64,000 nucleotides of DNA from Selaginella moellendorffii (lineage: Eukaryota > Plantae > Lycopodiophyta), in the NCBI RefSeq assembly GCF_000143415.4, contig NW_003314313.1:957430-1021429 (forward strand), given 5' to 3'. The notes beneath the pieces are model-generated. The model did no database searches. It saw nothing but the letters and a program-made list of their open reading frames with translations, and was not told where the DNA came from. The translations under genes were made by a program, and so were the position numbers. This document shows, piece by piece, positions 49,501 through 61,339 of this stretch. Numbering within the stretch: the first letter of the stretch is position 1; every line of letters starts with the position of its first letter.

Positions 49501-50432
49501 TACTAAGGGAGGCTTGGGGTCCAAAGCGTGTGTTCCTAACTAGGGGGGGGAGGGGCGGCCATGGGGGGTTCCAAATGTATAGTAGGGTTAGTGGGTAGGT
49601 CAGGCATAGTTGACCAATCTAAAGCATAATTTAGCTCCCGTTTACATGCATATCTTTGTTCTGCATCTGCTTGGGTCTAAGCTCAAGTTCCATTCCATAC
49701 TAGCTGGTGGAGTACTCATATCTTTACATTAGGGCACCAATATACTAAAATAGTGCCAAACTCCATTTGGCTTTGTTTTGCGTGCTGGTCTTGGCATTGG
49801 GATGTTAGATACTCTAGGATTGTTTCAAATTGCTCTGCACTCCTGTTCTTTCACTCCCTAGGCTGTACACTTGGGAGTCATTTTGTGCTCCAGTGCCATT
49901 GCTTCTTGGCTCCATGCTTGGGAGTTTTGTACTGTTCCTTTGTTCAATGGCACAAGGCCCTATAACTTAGGTTCTACACCACTGTCCTTTGGACACATAG
50001 TATGTGACACATGGCACATAAAGGGTTTAGGTTCTACTTCGTGATTATCTTATGGTAAATCATTATAGGATAAAAGGTAAAAACCACATGCACTACATTT
50101 GACATGATATTCAATGGACTGATCCTTTAGAAATTATGCATATGTAGTACTTGAAACAGTTCGTACAAAAGGATCATGAATAACTAGTACCACCTACAGA
50201 TCCACCAATATGCTATAATTTATAGCACAGCAATTAAATATACTTGAAGTTCTTGAGATGTCTCTTGGTAGTGGTGGAAGCATATTGGTGGATTGGTACT
50301 AGTTAAAGCTAGTAAATAGCTTTAGCTTTATTAAGCTAATAAAAATAAGAATTATTCTATTAATATGAATTATTATTTATTAGCTTTAGTAATAAGCTGG
50401 TTAAGCTAGTAAGCTTTAGCTTTATTATTTAT

Positions 50433-51471
50433 CAGCAAATGCAAATGCCACTATTGTGGGAATGGCAAGGGGAAGCATGATGGTTATAAGTATCTCCTCT
50501 GCAAGGAACAATTAAAGGAGGGTTAAGTGGTGCTTGTGATGTGGTGGACATTAGCTTGAGCAAACTCTAAAAGAAGTTAGAGGTTAAAGTTTATAAAATA
50601 TAAATATGCTATAATTTATAACACAGCAATTAAAACCTTAACACTTGTTAATTGATATGAATAGAAAAGTACTAATAACATTTGCTTTGCTCTTGCCACA
50701 TGTTTGCCACATCAAAACAAATTTAAAATGCACTACATCTAAATAAAATACTATTTAAACATGTTTGATGAGGTTTATTATATAGGAGAACTATTGACAT
50801 TAATCAATTATAATACAAATATAAAACATTTTAGTTGCTTAAGCAAACCTGTAGAGGGATAGTGGATATACCTAGAATATGCTTGGTATACTACCATTTA
50901 ATGGTTGAAAATAATTCAGATTAATCTCGTGTTTATAAATATAAACATGTTTATATTTTAATCTTTCTTAAGAACCTTTAAGTAAATTCAATATAACTAA
51001 AGCTAATAAATAATAATTCTTATTTTTAGTAGAAATTAAAACCTTAATACTTGTTAATTGATATGAATAGTGAAGTACTAATAAAATTTAATGATAAAAA
51101 TGTGTGAAGTGCTAATAAAAATGTAAAACGTATCTAAAATATTAAGAAAATGTTAGTATTCAATTATATTGCATAAGAAAATCTATAAGAGAAGCTAAAG
51201 TCTAATCAAGAACCAGACTAGGGTGGTAGTGGTGGATGCATGAGTATATCAATAATTTGATGGTAGAATCTTCAAGTATATTCTAGGTATGTTCAATTGC
51301 TGTGTTATAAATTATAGCATATTTATATGTTATAAACTTTAACCTCTAACTTCTGTCCACCACATCACAAGTACCACTTAACCCTCCTTTAATTGTTCCT
51401 TGCAGAGGAGATACTTATAACCATCATGCTTCCCCTTGCCATGCCCACAATAGTGGCATTTGCATTTGCTG
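50433..51471. repeat. Inverted repeat, ~180-200 bp arms with ~660 bp AT-rich spacer
   Basis: 50433-50631 is the reverse complement of 51295-51471 apart from a ~22-bp insertion in the left arm. Confidence 0.9.
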
Positions 51472-52700
51472 CAAATATCATTGCATAACTAAGGAAGAAC
51501 TTGTTTCAAAACTGGTTGGATGGGCCATTGTTCCACTAATAATGTTGCTGCACTGGTGTTCTATAATTTCTGAGCCATTGAAGGCATATGTCCAAGCAAT
51601 AATTGGCAAAATATCCATCATATTTCTGATGTCACTAACAAACAAGTGTGTCTCCTTCGAAGGTGATGCATGGTTTCTACCTTTTGACATTGAACATGCA
51701 TAGATCAGAGAAAAAGTGCAAAAGGACAATGAATATTGTACATTGTGGCCTAGCCTAGTGCATACTTTGTGGCTCATTTTGCCTCATGAATGTATAATTC
51801 TTCACAATGTCAAATGCTGTGAGCATAGAACCAACAGATAAATTGCTCTTTAATTGCTTAAATTGGTTGTCTTACCATCTCGCAATATGAGCATATGGCA
51901 CATAACTGTAAGCTGTTTCCAGAAAGTATTGACCAATTTGGTCCTAGTAGTCTTTCTAGTTTCTAGAACCATACAAGATAGATTGTGCTATGTAGATCTA
52001 CTATGTAACATCTTGACTGTCTATGAGCGACTGATCAATAGGACAGATGGAGCAAGGTTGGTGAAGACATGTTGCAAAACAATTCAAAAGTTGTTGGTTC
52101 AATAGAATGGATATTCCATCATAAAAACTAAGGATAACATGAAAAGAGTGTTTCCAAGTTTCAATTATACATTCCTGAGGAAAAGGAAAATTAAGTTTTA
52201 TAATTATAATTTGCCCCCTACCCCCATTGTCCCTGACAAGTATTTGCAAGACTGCCCTCTTCACAGCTCATTGATCATTACTTCAATCCAGACTTTGAAG
52301 GCAATGCATGACATTCCTAAGTGCCACATCAGTGGAATTTGCTCGAAGTCCATGATAATGTCTTGCTTCACTTTTATAGAATAATGCTTTGTGTCTGGTT
52401 GTGGGGAATGTGGGCATTAGAAGGAAGCAGATAGTGGCCCTAATTTCCCTTCTTGCCTTACTTCACCAATCCCACCTGCATTTCTTCAGGATGCCTCCAC
52501 TTGGGAAAAACTATCTATACAGCTATGCCTCATAGAAAAGATATATGCCGTCTTTTCATTTGTTGCATGTGTTTCAAACCAAGTTATGCACAAGGACTGG
52601 AGCAGAGCCCATTCTTGCACTCGATCAAAAGAGACCCAAGAGCAGAAGCTAGCTGCTCCGCTTGGTCCATGAGTTGGTTCCGGAATCATAGATCCAGGTG
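51420..52700 (-). pseudogene. Heavily decayed PLS-PPR-like pseudogene
   Basis: Scattered minus-strand fragments (FDRVQEW, MLTAF, IIAWTYAFNG) resemble the neighbouring PPR motifs. There is no continuous frame and the boundaries are vague. Confidence 0.35.
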
Positions 52701-53336
52701 GCTAAGCCTTTCTGCTGCCACCTAAACAAGACAAGCTTGAAGCAGCCAGGGACGCATGGATCATGAGCCACTACATACTAGATGCAAGCTAAGTATTTAT
52801 TCTGGATGGGAGCATGGACTTGGGTGTAGTGCCCTGCAGGAGCTGTAGAAGCATAAGATCGGCCCATGGTGAGGGAGCACAGCACTCGAGGTTGTAGCTT
52901 GGCGGGATGCAGCCACAGCTAGAACTTGATGCTCGTAGCCGATGACTTTTGCAGGATCGCCAACCTGTTCATTTGGAGCCAACGCTCCTACGGAGACAAA
53001 AACAAATAATTAGCTTTTATTTAAAAAGGGAATCTTCTTCAAATATCCAGATTGATTCTATATTTGCTTTTTGAGAGCCATTAAATTAGATAACCGTTAA
53101 ATCTAATACGTCCATTCATAATCTAACGGTTGGCGATGAGAGTAGAGGACTCAAGGTTTGTGTCGCAATGAAGAGAATGCTTTCGGGTCCAAGGTTTACG
53201 TAGCGTCCTCGCTGGTGAATCTGGTCGTGGTGAGAAGCTCTGGGTTACTCAGGGCCCCCGACACCTTGCTTGCAAGGGTATGAGCAATAGCAATACGTCA
53301 ACACCCACAACTTGTTGAAAGTCAAAAAAAGTCAAA

Positions 53337-55270
53337 TGGAGTTCAGAACAAAAGGAGGAGAAAGCGTACGCGAACCAGATTCTACTTTGATGGTAGCTTA
53401 TGCAATGTCCATCACGGAATCTCCTCCAATTCCTTCGACTCTCCCGTTTCTCAAGAACAAAGCTTTCTATGCCCAACAGATCCGGTCTTCTGCAGCATCC
53501 AAGGATCCAAGCCAGGCCAAGAGACTCCACGAGGAAATCCTTGGGACTCATCTCTGGGACAATCGCTACATCAGCAATCTCCTCATCGAGATGTATGGAA
53601 AGTGTGGAAGCGTGGACAGAGCACTTGACGTGTTTCATAGGATCCCTCTGCCAAACTCCTTCTCGTGGAACATCATGATAGCCGCATACATCCAGAACGG
53701 GCAGCTCCAAGAAGCTGAGAAGATGTTTGCAAGAATGCCGGTTAAGAACGTTGTCTCGTGGAATGCGATGGTAACGGCATATGCTCATTTTGGGCAGATG
53801 GAGCAAGCGGTTGAAACTTTTGAAAGCATGCCCGAGAAGGACACAACGTCCTACAACGCAATGCTTACGGCATTAACAGAGAGAGGCGAAATGAGAAAAG
53901 TGGAAGAGTTCTTTGAGAAAATCCCACACAAAGATCCGGTGTCTTGGAGTATAATTGTTACTGCTTATGCCCAAGCTGGGCATATGGGAAAAGCTCTGGA
54001 GTTTCTTGAGAGAATGCCGGGGGTGTGTGTCTTCGCCTGGAACGCTCTCCTGTCGGGCTACACAATCCATGGAAGGATTGACGATGCGAAAAAATTGTTT
54101 GAGAGAATGCCACAGCGCGACTCTGTGTCATGGAACACTCTCATGTCGGCATACGCTCAGCTTGGTCGATTTGCCGAGGCCAAGTCTCTGTTTGATCGGA
54201 CTCCACAGCGCAACCTCGTCTCGTGGAACATTATGATCAATGCGTATGCAGTGAATCGCCAGCCTCACGAAGCACACCGCGTTCTGGATCGAATGCCGAG
54301 AAAAGACTCTACCTCGTGGAACGCAGTGATGGGAGCCTATGCACAGAATGGCCTCCCGGAAGAAGCCAAGCTCATATTTGATAGAATGCCGTCCAAAAAC
54401 TCCATCTCCTGGACGATCATGGTGGTGGCCTACGCGAAATCCGGCAACGTAGAACTCGCGAGGAGTTTCTTCGACAAAATCTCTCACCGAAACTTGGTCT
54501 GCTGGAACACGATGATCACGGCATACTCCCAGCACGGACAAGCCCGGCAAGCCTTCACTCTACTGGGATCCATGGATTTGGATGGCACCAAACCCGACAA
54601 TATCACTCTTGTCGCAGTCTTGGACGCCTGTGCCAGTTCCAACGCGTTGTCGGACGGTCGGATGGTCCACGACATGGCGGCAAGCGACAACGGTCTGCTA
54701 GATCCTGTCGTGGAGAGCGCGCTCATCAACATGTACTCCCGCTGTGGCTGCCTGGGAGAAGCCCGACAGGTGTTTGAGAGCTCGGTGGATCGAGACGTGG
54801 TGGTGTGGACAACAATGGTGACGGCCTATGCGCAAAGCGGGCATACCAAGGAGACGATCGAGCTCTTCCTGGCGATGGTGTGTGACGGCCTTCCACCGGA
54901 CCCGATAACATTCACTGCGGTCTTGTCGGCGTGTAGCCATGCCGGAAAACTCGATGTAGCATTGGAGTTCTTCGTGACAATGGTTGGAGATTTCGGTACC
55001 TCGGCTCAGAGGGATCACTACAGCATCATGGTCGATCTGCTGGGACGATCCGGGAGGACGGCAGAGGCGCGAGAGCTCATGGATTCTATGCCATGCGAGC
55101 CTGATGATATTGCATGGACGACGCTTCTCGGGGCGTGTAAGACGCACGGAGACGCGAACCGAGGAGCCGGAGTGGTGGAGCGTCTGTATCGCAAGAGGCC
55201 GGATGTGTCGTCAACTTACACTCTCGCGTCTGGATTGGTGAGAGGAGGAGTAGCTCCGATCGATCGATGA
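53337..55270 (+). CDS. PLS-class pentatricopeptide repeat protein with truncated E extension, no DYW
   Basis: Intronless ORF: NLLIEMYGKCG, tandem ~31-aa F.RMP.RN.VSWN.M..AYAQ.G repeats, ITFTAVLSACSHAG, HYSIMVDLLGRSG, MPCEPDDIAWTTLLGACKTHG. True start uncertain (53337, 53389 or 53405). Confidence 0.93.
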
Positions 55271-57843
55271 TCGTGGTGTTTGAAGAGATTCGCGAGCATC
55301 ACGTATGGAGCTGAGTCTGTGGGACTCAATCCCGCCGCTCGCTGAGCAGCTCGCAAGCCGAGGTCGCGATTTTCGCTGCCACCGTCAAGCCGGCATGCGC
55401 TCAGCACGCTCGTCCAGGCGGCAGCGTCTGGCTCAAAAGGCATGGATCTTATGAGCTCTTCGACGTCGCGAAGTTTTCCAGCTCGAGCGAGGACGTCGAT
55501 GATGCAGCTATACATCTCCAGAGTGGGAGTGATGGAGTAATTGTGGAGCATCGCTCCAAACAGTGCGAGGCCATCGTCAAGCATCCCACCGTGAGCGCAT
55601 GCCGAGACGGTGGCCTTGAAAGTCACCTGGTCTGGAGAGTTTCCTTGGAGCTCCATGGCCTGGAGATACTCCATGGCGAGATCGAGCTGCCCGTTATCAG
55701 CGTGAGCCGCGACTACGGCAGTGTAGAGAACGGTGTCTCGGGCTTCCATCCCCTGGAAGATATTCATTGCTTCGTCCAGCCCTCCACACTTCCCATAGAA
55801 GCTCACGAGCGAGCTTCCGAGCTCTGGGGAGCGGCTGATGCTGGTGAGCGAGATCTCACTGTGGATCAATCGCCCGTCGTCCAGAGCTCCCAAACCAGCG
55901 CAGGCATCGACGGCGGCAGCGTAAGTCAGCTCGTCGATCGCCACCGATTCCTCGCCCCTCATTCTCCGAAAGAGCTCCACGGCCAGTCTCATATGCCCGT
56001 TACGGGCATACGCTCCAACCATAGCGTTCCAGGTGAGAGTGTTTCGATCGGTCATGCTATCAAAGACTCTTCTCGCTTCTTCGACGCTGCCCACTTGTCC
56101 ATAGCCGGTGATCATCGCATTGCACGCTGCTGGAGAGTGCCGTGGCATTCTCTCAAATACATCCCTTGCTTTGTCGAGATGACCATTCGCGGCATAGGCT
56201 CCAAGCATCGCATTCCAGGCCGCGAGATCTTTCTCAGGCATGGCATCAAAAGTCCGTCTAGCACTAGCAAGATCGCGTAGCTCACCGTACATGGTGATCA
56301 TAGTTGTCCACGAAACCACGTCCCGGAGAGGCATTTTAGAAAAGAGACTTTCAGCTTGCAAAACATGCCCACTCTGGGCATATGCAGAAATGATCGAGTT
56401 CCACGATGCTGTATCCCGCATTGGCATTCTATCAAACAGCCCTCTCGCCTCGTCGACGAATCCAGCCTGAGAGAGCGCCGCTATAAGGCAATTCCACGAG
56501 ATTGGATCGCGCTCCGGCATCTCCAGAAAGAGATCTATCGCCTCGTCCAGAAGCCCGTTCCCGGCAAATCCCGCAACCATGGCATTCCAAGACACGAGAT
56601 TCCTCTGCGGCATCTTCACGAACACCTCCCTCGCCTCCTCCACGAAGCCTCGCTCGCAAAATCCCACCAAGAGCGCCGTCCACGACACGGAGTCGTGCTC
56701 CGGCATCGCCTCTTCGACCGTGCGCCTCGCCACGTCTAAGCTTCCGTGCTGCGAATATCCCACAACCATTGAGTTGTACGACACGAGATCCCTCTCTTGC
56801 ATTGCGGAGGAGAAGAGCTTCTCAGCCTCGTCCAAGCTTTGGTTGTGTACGTACGCCGCAAGCATCGAGTTCCACGAGACGATGTCCGGCTCTGGGATGC
56901 CGTCGAAGATCAGCTTGGCATCCGCGAGATGCCCTGGCCTATGGGTGTACGCTGCGATCATCGCGTTCCAGGTGACGTTGTTCGTCCCGGGCATCTTTTC
57001 CAGGAGCGACAGTGCCTCGTCCACAAGGCCGTGGTGGGCGATTGTGCTGAGGAGCGTGTTAAACGAGATGAGATCCTTCTGGGGCATTTGCTCAAACACA
57101 GTTCTCGCCTGGGAGATCTGGTTGCTCTGCGAGAACGCGCAAAGTAGAGTGTTCCACGAGACGAGATTGTGCTGTGGCATCCGATTGAAAGCTTCTGCGA
57201 CGCTGGAGGTTTTTCCGGCTTGGCAGTAGGCACTCAAGAGAGTGTTCCACGACACAATGTCTCGCTCCTTCATCGCTTGAAACAACGTTTCCACGCCATG
57301 AAAATGCCCCAGCCGGGCATTTGCCGCAAGCATGATATTCCAAGTTACTGTGTCCTGCTGTGGCATTTTTTCAAACAAACTCATGGCCTCTTTCTCATGC
57401 CCAGCTTGTGTATAGGCTGATATCATTGAGTTCCATGAGACCACCACTCTTGGTTCCGGCATCAAATCAAAAAGTTGACGTGCTTCTTCAAGATGCCCTT
57501 TTTGGGCATGTGCGGTGATCATGGTGTTCCACGAGACTGAGTTTCTTACGGGCATCTTGTCAAAAATCTTCTTTGCCTGCTCGAGGCGATTGTTAAGGAC
57601 AAAAACAGATAACATGATGTTCCAGCTGAAAACATTCGGCTGGATTGTGTGCTCGAACACCTTTTGTGCATCTGTCACGCTCCCGCATTTGCCATACATG
57701 TCTATGAGGAGGTTTGAAAGGTAGAGCTTGCCGCTGTGCTCGCCAGCAGCGATGGATTCGTGTATTTGCCTTCCCTCGAAGAGATTCCTCTTTTTCCCGC
57801 ATTGCCGTAGCAAATCGGCATACTCGGACACTGAACAAGACAT
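55216..57843 (-). CDS. PLS-class PPR protein (875 aa) with truncated E extension, no DYW
   Basis: Same architecture with about 20 short repeats, VTFKATVSACAHGG, YSCIIDVLARAG, MPFEPDAAAWTSVLSAC and SAPYVMLANL. Confidence 0.95.
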   Translation of the reverse strand: MSCSVSEYADLLRQCGKKRNLFEGRQIHESIAAGEHSGKLYLSNLLIDMYGKCGSVTDAQKVFEHTIQPNVFSWNIMLSVFVLNNRLEQAKKIFDKMPVRNSVSWNTMITAHAQKGHLEEARQLFDLMPEPRVVVSWNSMISAYTQAGHEKEAMSLFEKMPQQDTVTWNIMLAANARLGHFHGVETLFQAMKERDIVSWNTLLSAYCQAGKTSSVAEAFNRMPQHNLVSWNTLLCAFSQSNQISQARTVFEQMPQKDLISFNTLLSTIAHHGLVDEALSLLEKMPGTNNVTWNAMIAAYTHRPGHLADAKLIFDGIPEPDIVSWNSMLAAYVHNQSLDEAEKLFSSAMQERDLVSYNSMVVGYSQHGSLDVARRTVEEAMPEHDSVSWTALLVGFCERGFVEEAREVFVKMPQRNLVSWNAMVAGFAGNGLLDEAIDLFLEMPERDPISWNCLIAALSQAGFVDEARGLFDRMPMRDTASWNSIISAYAQSGHVLQAESLFSKMPLRDVVSWTTMITMYGELRDLASARRTFDAMPEKDLAAWNAMLGAYAANGHLDKARDVFERMPRHSPAACNAMITGYGQVGSVEEARRVFDSMTDRNTLTWNAMVGAYARNGHMRLAVELFRRMRGEESVAIDELTYAAAVDACAGLGALDDGRLIHSEISLTSISRSPELGSSLVSFYGKCGGLDEAMNIFQGMEARDTVLYTAVVAAHADNGQLDLAMEYLQAMELQGNSPDQVTFKATVSACAHGGMLDDGLALFGAMLHNYSITPTLEMYSCIIDVLARAGKLRDVEELIRSMPFEPDAAAWTSVLSACRLDGGSENRDLGLRAAQRAAGLSPTDSAPYVMLANLFKHHDHRSIGATPPLTNPDARV

Positions 57844-57965
57844 CGGAAAAGTGTGATCTTGTCGACGCCAGGAATTCGTGAGATTCTTCTTATTACGTTA
57901 CAGCTACTCCCTCTCTCTCGATCCGGCTATAAGACCTCCGGGAAATGCCACAGCCTTGGTGGCAA

Positions 57966-59003
57966 ATGGCTCGTCAGGAAATGTCTCTCGTATCCTTCCT
58001 CCGCAGCAATGGAATCACTCACGTCCTCCGGAACGACGAATCACAGGTAAAAGCCTCCTATACTTTAGAACGGGGACAAACGTATGATACTGTATCTTCT
58101 TCTTTGTGACCTTCACTTGGAAAGGTGGAGACTAAGGTGCTCGAAGGAAAGATCGTTGGCTTGCTCTTCTCGGTGGAATCAAACAAGTCATGCAGCAACT
58201 TCGTCAACAAGCTGCTGGGTATCTACGATGAAATCCAAAAGATTTCCACCGCTGGCGCTGGTGGTGTTGGATTCGAAGTGGTGTTTGTTTCGGGTGACAC
58301 GGATGAGGCGAGCTTCAAGCAATCCATGAAGAAAATGCCTTGGCTGGCACTACCGTTCGACGTCAAAGGAGCTACGACTGCGAAGCTAGCTCGACGTTTC
58401 AAAGTGGAAGTGATGCCAAGCTTGGTCCTTGTTGGTTCCAATGGAACAACATTGCTATCGAGGTATGGTTACAGCTTGGTCACCAGGTTTGGGTCGAAGG
58501 CTTTTCCTTTCACGCAAGAACACATCCGAGACCTGGAAAAAGTGGAGGATCAAAACGCCAGCAAGCTTCCCGTGGAACTCAAAGATGGAGCGCACGAGCA
58601 TGTCTTGCTGCTGGTGAAAGACCCCTATGACAACGCAATGTTTACTTGTGACAAATGCCAGGAGGATGGGTGTGGATGGTGCTACCATTGCAAGGAATGC
58701 TCCTACGATCTACACTTGGACTGCATCAAACCAGTCCCCAAAACACCTGTGAAGGAGATCAAGGATGCGAAGGATCAGATCAAGGATAAAAAGGATCAGA
58801 TCAAGGATGCAATGGATCAGATCAAGGATTCTCCATCCACGCAAATTGAAGGCAAAGCTGGTGCCATGATGGACACTTTCAAGCAAAGAAAAGGATCTAC
58901 GAGCGTTGCCCTCATTAGTGTCGTTCTGATTCTTCTCACATTGTTATGGGTTCTTGGTTTTCTTGGACGAAAGTTCTTCCTCGAGAAGAAGAATGCTGCA
59001 TAA
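57966..59003 (+). CDS. Nucleoredoxin-like protein: single Trx-like domain + C1 (DC1) zinc finger + C-terminal TM helix
   Basis: Exon 1 (MARQE)MSLVSFLRSNGITHVLRNDESQ, intron ~58047-58124, then VETKVLEGKIVGLLFS..FEVVFVSGD..MPWLALPF..AFPFT, HEHVL..CDKC..YHCKECSYDLHLDC, IKDxxDQ repeats and a hydrophobic tail. In-frame ATGs at 57945, 57966 and 57981. Confidence 0.85.
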
Positions 59004-59209
59004 AATTCACTATAAAATTCATAACAGATAATTAATTTTAGCACTTCCAATTTCAGTTTAAGATGATTTGCAAATGTTTATCATAAGTGGTAAAAAATGA
59101 GATTTTGCTCGCTTTATATTCACATAAAAGCATGGAAAATGCTATGCTATGCTTGTGATATACTCCATGGTGGTATACAAGATCCCATAATAGTTTTCAT
59201 ACTTCAAAC

Positions 59210-60032
59210 ATGGAAGGACCCATTTTGTCACTCATTGCAACTGAAGAGCGTGACTATGTCATTAGAAATGACGGATCCAAGGTGAAAGAAATGGATATAA
59301 TCATCTAAGTAACTCTATTTCCAGGTGAGCATCCAAAGCCTCCAAGGATTCAAGTGCTATGGCTTGGCCTTCGTCGCACACTGGTATCCAACAGCTCGAG
59401 CGTTTGTGGACAAGCATCTGATCCCTCTCTACGAGCAAATCCGCGCCAGGCATGGCAAGAGATCGATCGAGATCATCTTTGTCTCGGACGACGTGAACTA
59501 CATCGAGTTCATGGAGTTCTTCCAGACGATGCCTTGGCTCGCACTGCCATTCCAAGACAGGAGGACGGAATTGATTCTTAGCACCAAGCTAAACGTCCAA
59601 AGCATACCTGCGTTTGCAATCTTTGATGGCGATGGCAAGCTCTTGTTTAGAGAAGGCCGAAGCGTGATACTGCGCCATGGATCGCGAGCTTATCCCTTCA
59701 CTCCACACCACGTCTCCAAGCTTGACGTGATCCAGCGAAAGCGAGCCTCCAAACTTCCAGCGGACGTGAAGCATCCACAGCACGAGCATACGCTCGATCT
59801 CGTCCGCGACTGGTATGACAACTTTGGGATGTTCGTTTGTGACGCTTGCTTGGACGAAGGAAACGGCTGGTTCTACCACTGCGAGAGGTGCTCCTGGGAT
59901 TTGCATCCTGCCTGTGCAAATCCAAAGTTTGATCTACAGAAGAGCGGCAGTACTGATTTTCGATGCTACTGCTATAGAGCAAACATCTTCAAGAAAATGC
60001 TAAAGTTACAGCCAAAGGAGACGTTGACGTAG
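59210..60032 (+). CDS. Nucleoredoxin-like protein 2: single Trx-like domain + C1 zinc finger
   Basis: Exon 1 MEGPILSLIATEERDYVIRNDGSK, intron 59282-59324, then IEIIFVSDD..MPWLALPFQD..GSRAYPFT, HPQHEHTL..CDAC..YHCERCSWDLHPAC. Confidence 0.88.
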
Positions 60033-60044
60033 TTCTCGTCTCTC

Positions 60045-61040
60045 TATAGGGATTTGGGAATTTTCTGTAAACAGCAACTATCTCCTTCTGTTCGTGTGAC
60101 ACTAGTCTTTTGTATCTTTATGACCAAATGAGCAGTGCTTCTTGAGCTAAAGCAATGCATGGATTTGCATTTAGTAACTATACGAAGCCCTCCAGGAGTG
60201 ATGCCAAATTTTTAGAAATCTCTTAGAGAGAACTTCACGAGACTGGAGTTCCATTACTAACTCCAATGTACCTGACTCTTTTGAGTCGCAAATCGAAAAG
60301 AATTTGTACTTCCAAGCCGTCTACAGCGTCAGACAGTGCAAGACGCTGTAGACGGGCAAGGAACTGCTTTCACACTAGAAACTCTCATTCNNNNNNNNNN
60401 NNNNNNNNNNNNNNNNNNNNNNNNNNNNNNNNNNNNNNNNNNNNNNNNNNNNNNNNNNNNNNNNNNNNNNNNNNNNNNNNNNNNNNNNNNNNNNNNNNNN
60501 NNNNNNNNNNNNNNNNNNNNNNNNNNNNNNNNNNNNNNNNNNNNNNNNNNNNNNNNNNNNNNNNNNNNNNNGTAATTTAATAAAAAATTTAATTTACTAG
60601 AAATGATAAGAATTATATATAAATTATAAACACAAGATTAATCTTGGGTAGAAATAAATTATAAAATTTAATCTAAATGAATAACAGCTTTTAAATTGTA
60701 AAACATCCCAGAATATTTAAACATATTCTCTTAGCCAGTAGAAATAATCTATAAAAGTTCAAATATAAAAGAAGAGTATAAATCTCCGTTCACTAACTTT
60801 GTCTCAGGTGACTTAAAACTATAAAGTGTGGAGTTCTTGGAGACTGCCCTCTGCTCAGTGGAATCAATACCTGAACTTGGAAACATGGAAGAGAATTTTG
60901 CCAGCTCAAGCAAAGCAAGCCACTTTGGTTGCTATCCCTGGTAACAATGGAATGAAATGCTAGATATCATGGATTCACTTTAGCTCATCGAATCCTGCCA
61001 AGAGTAATAGATCGGGCACGTGAGAGCCACAGCCATGCCA
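60045..61040 (-). pseudogene. Decayed duplicate of the Tas-like AKR gene (spans a gap)
   Basis: 60045-60090, 60140-60223 and 60245-60370 match 61675-61727, 61860-61945 and 62460-62597. 61028-61040 CACAGCCATGC matches the AKR start at 63320-63330. Confidence 0.72.
60391..60571. other. Assembly gap
   Basis: N run. Confidence 1.
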
Positions 61041-61339
61041 ACAGAACCATCCATTCGAACAACTAGAACAATGCCTCGTTGCTGGCCCAAACTCTAAAAA
61101 CGAAGGGAGAAAGATCACTATACTGATCTCGTTGCTCTATATTCCATCCCAAACAGTGAGGTGTTTGATACAGCTGCATTGCATGCTCCCCATTAGAAAT
61201 CATCAAGAATGCTACTAAGAAAAAGAATACAAAGAGCCTGCTTATAGCCCTTTGAAATGGAGATGAATCTTGAAGGTTCTTCCTTCCATTTCTTTTGCAA
61301 GCACCAAAATTTCCAAGCATTTGCAATGCGATCAGCTCT

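Larger units (their letters stand above)
31282..50097 (+). mobile_element. Element D: LTR retroelement with deleted interior, host of E2/E1
   Basis: LTRs 31282-32416 and 48978-50097, TSD TTTGA (31277-31281 / 50098-50102), Met PBS TGGTATCAAAG at 32419, PPT AAAGGGGGGAGAG at 48965-48977. Its own interior is only ~32417-33247 and ~48317-48977. Confidence 0.93.
30095..50209 (+). mobile_element. Old B-family relic (integrase region) split by element D
   Basis: 30095-31281 aligns to B ~20260-21414. After D, 50098-50209 resumes exactly at B ~21409-21519 (TTTGACATGA..ACAGATCCACCAAT). Confidence 0.88.

Noticed and set aside
52700-53250. Possible small minus-strand gene upstream of the first PPR
   Set aside because: GC-richer sequence with a candidate acceptor, but no recognisable protein motif or complete structure.
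53249-57420. Numerous antisense and alternate-frame ORFs within the PPR genes (likewise within GulLO)
   Set aside because: Shadow ORFs of GC-rich coding sequence with no motifs.
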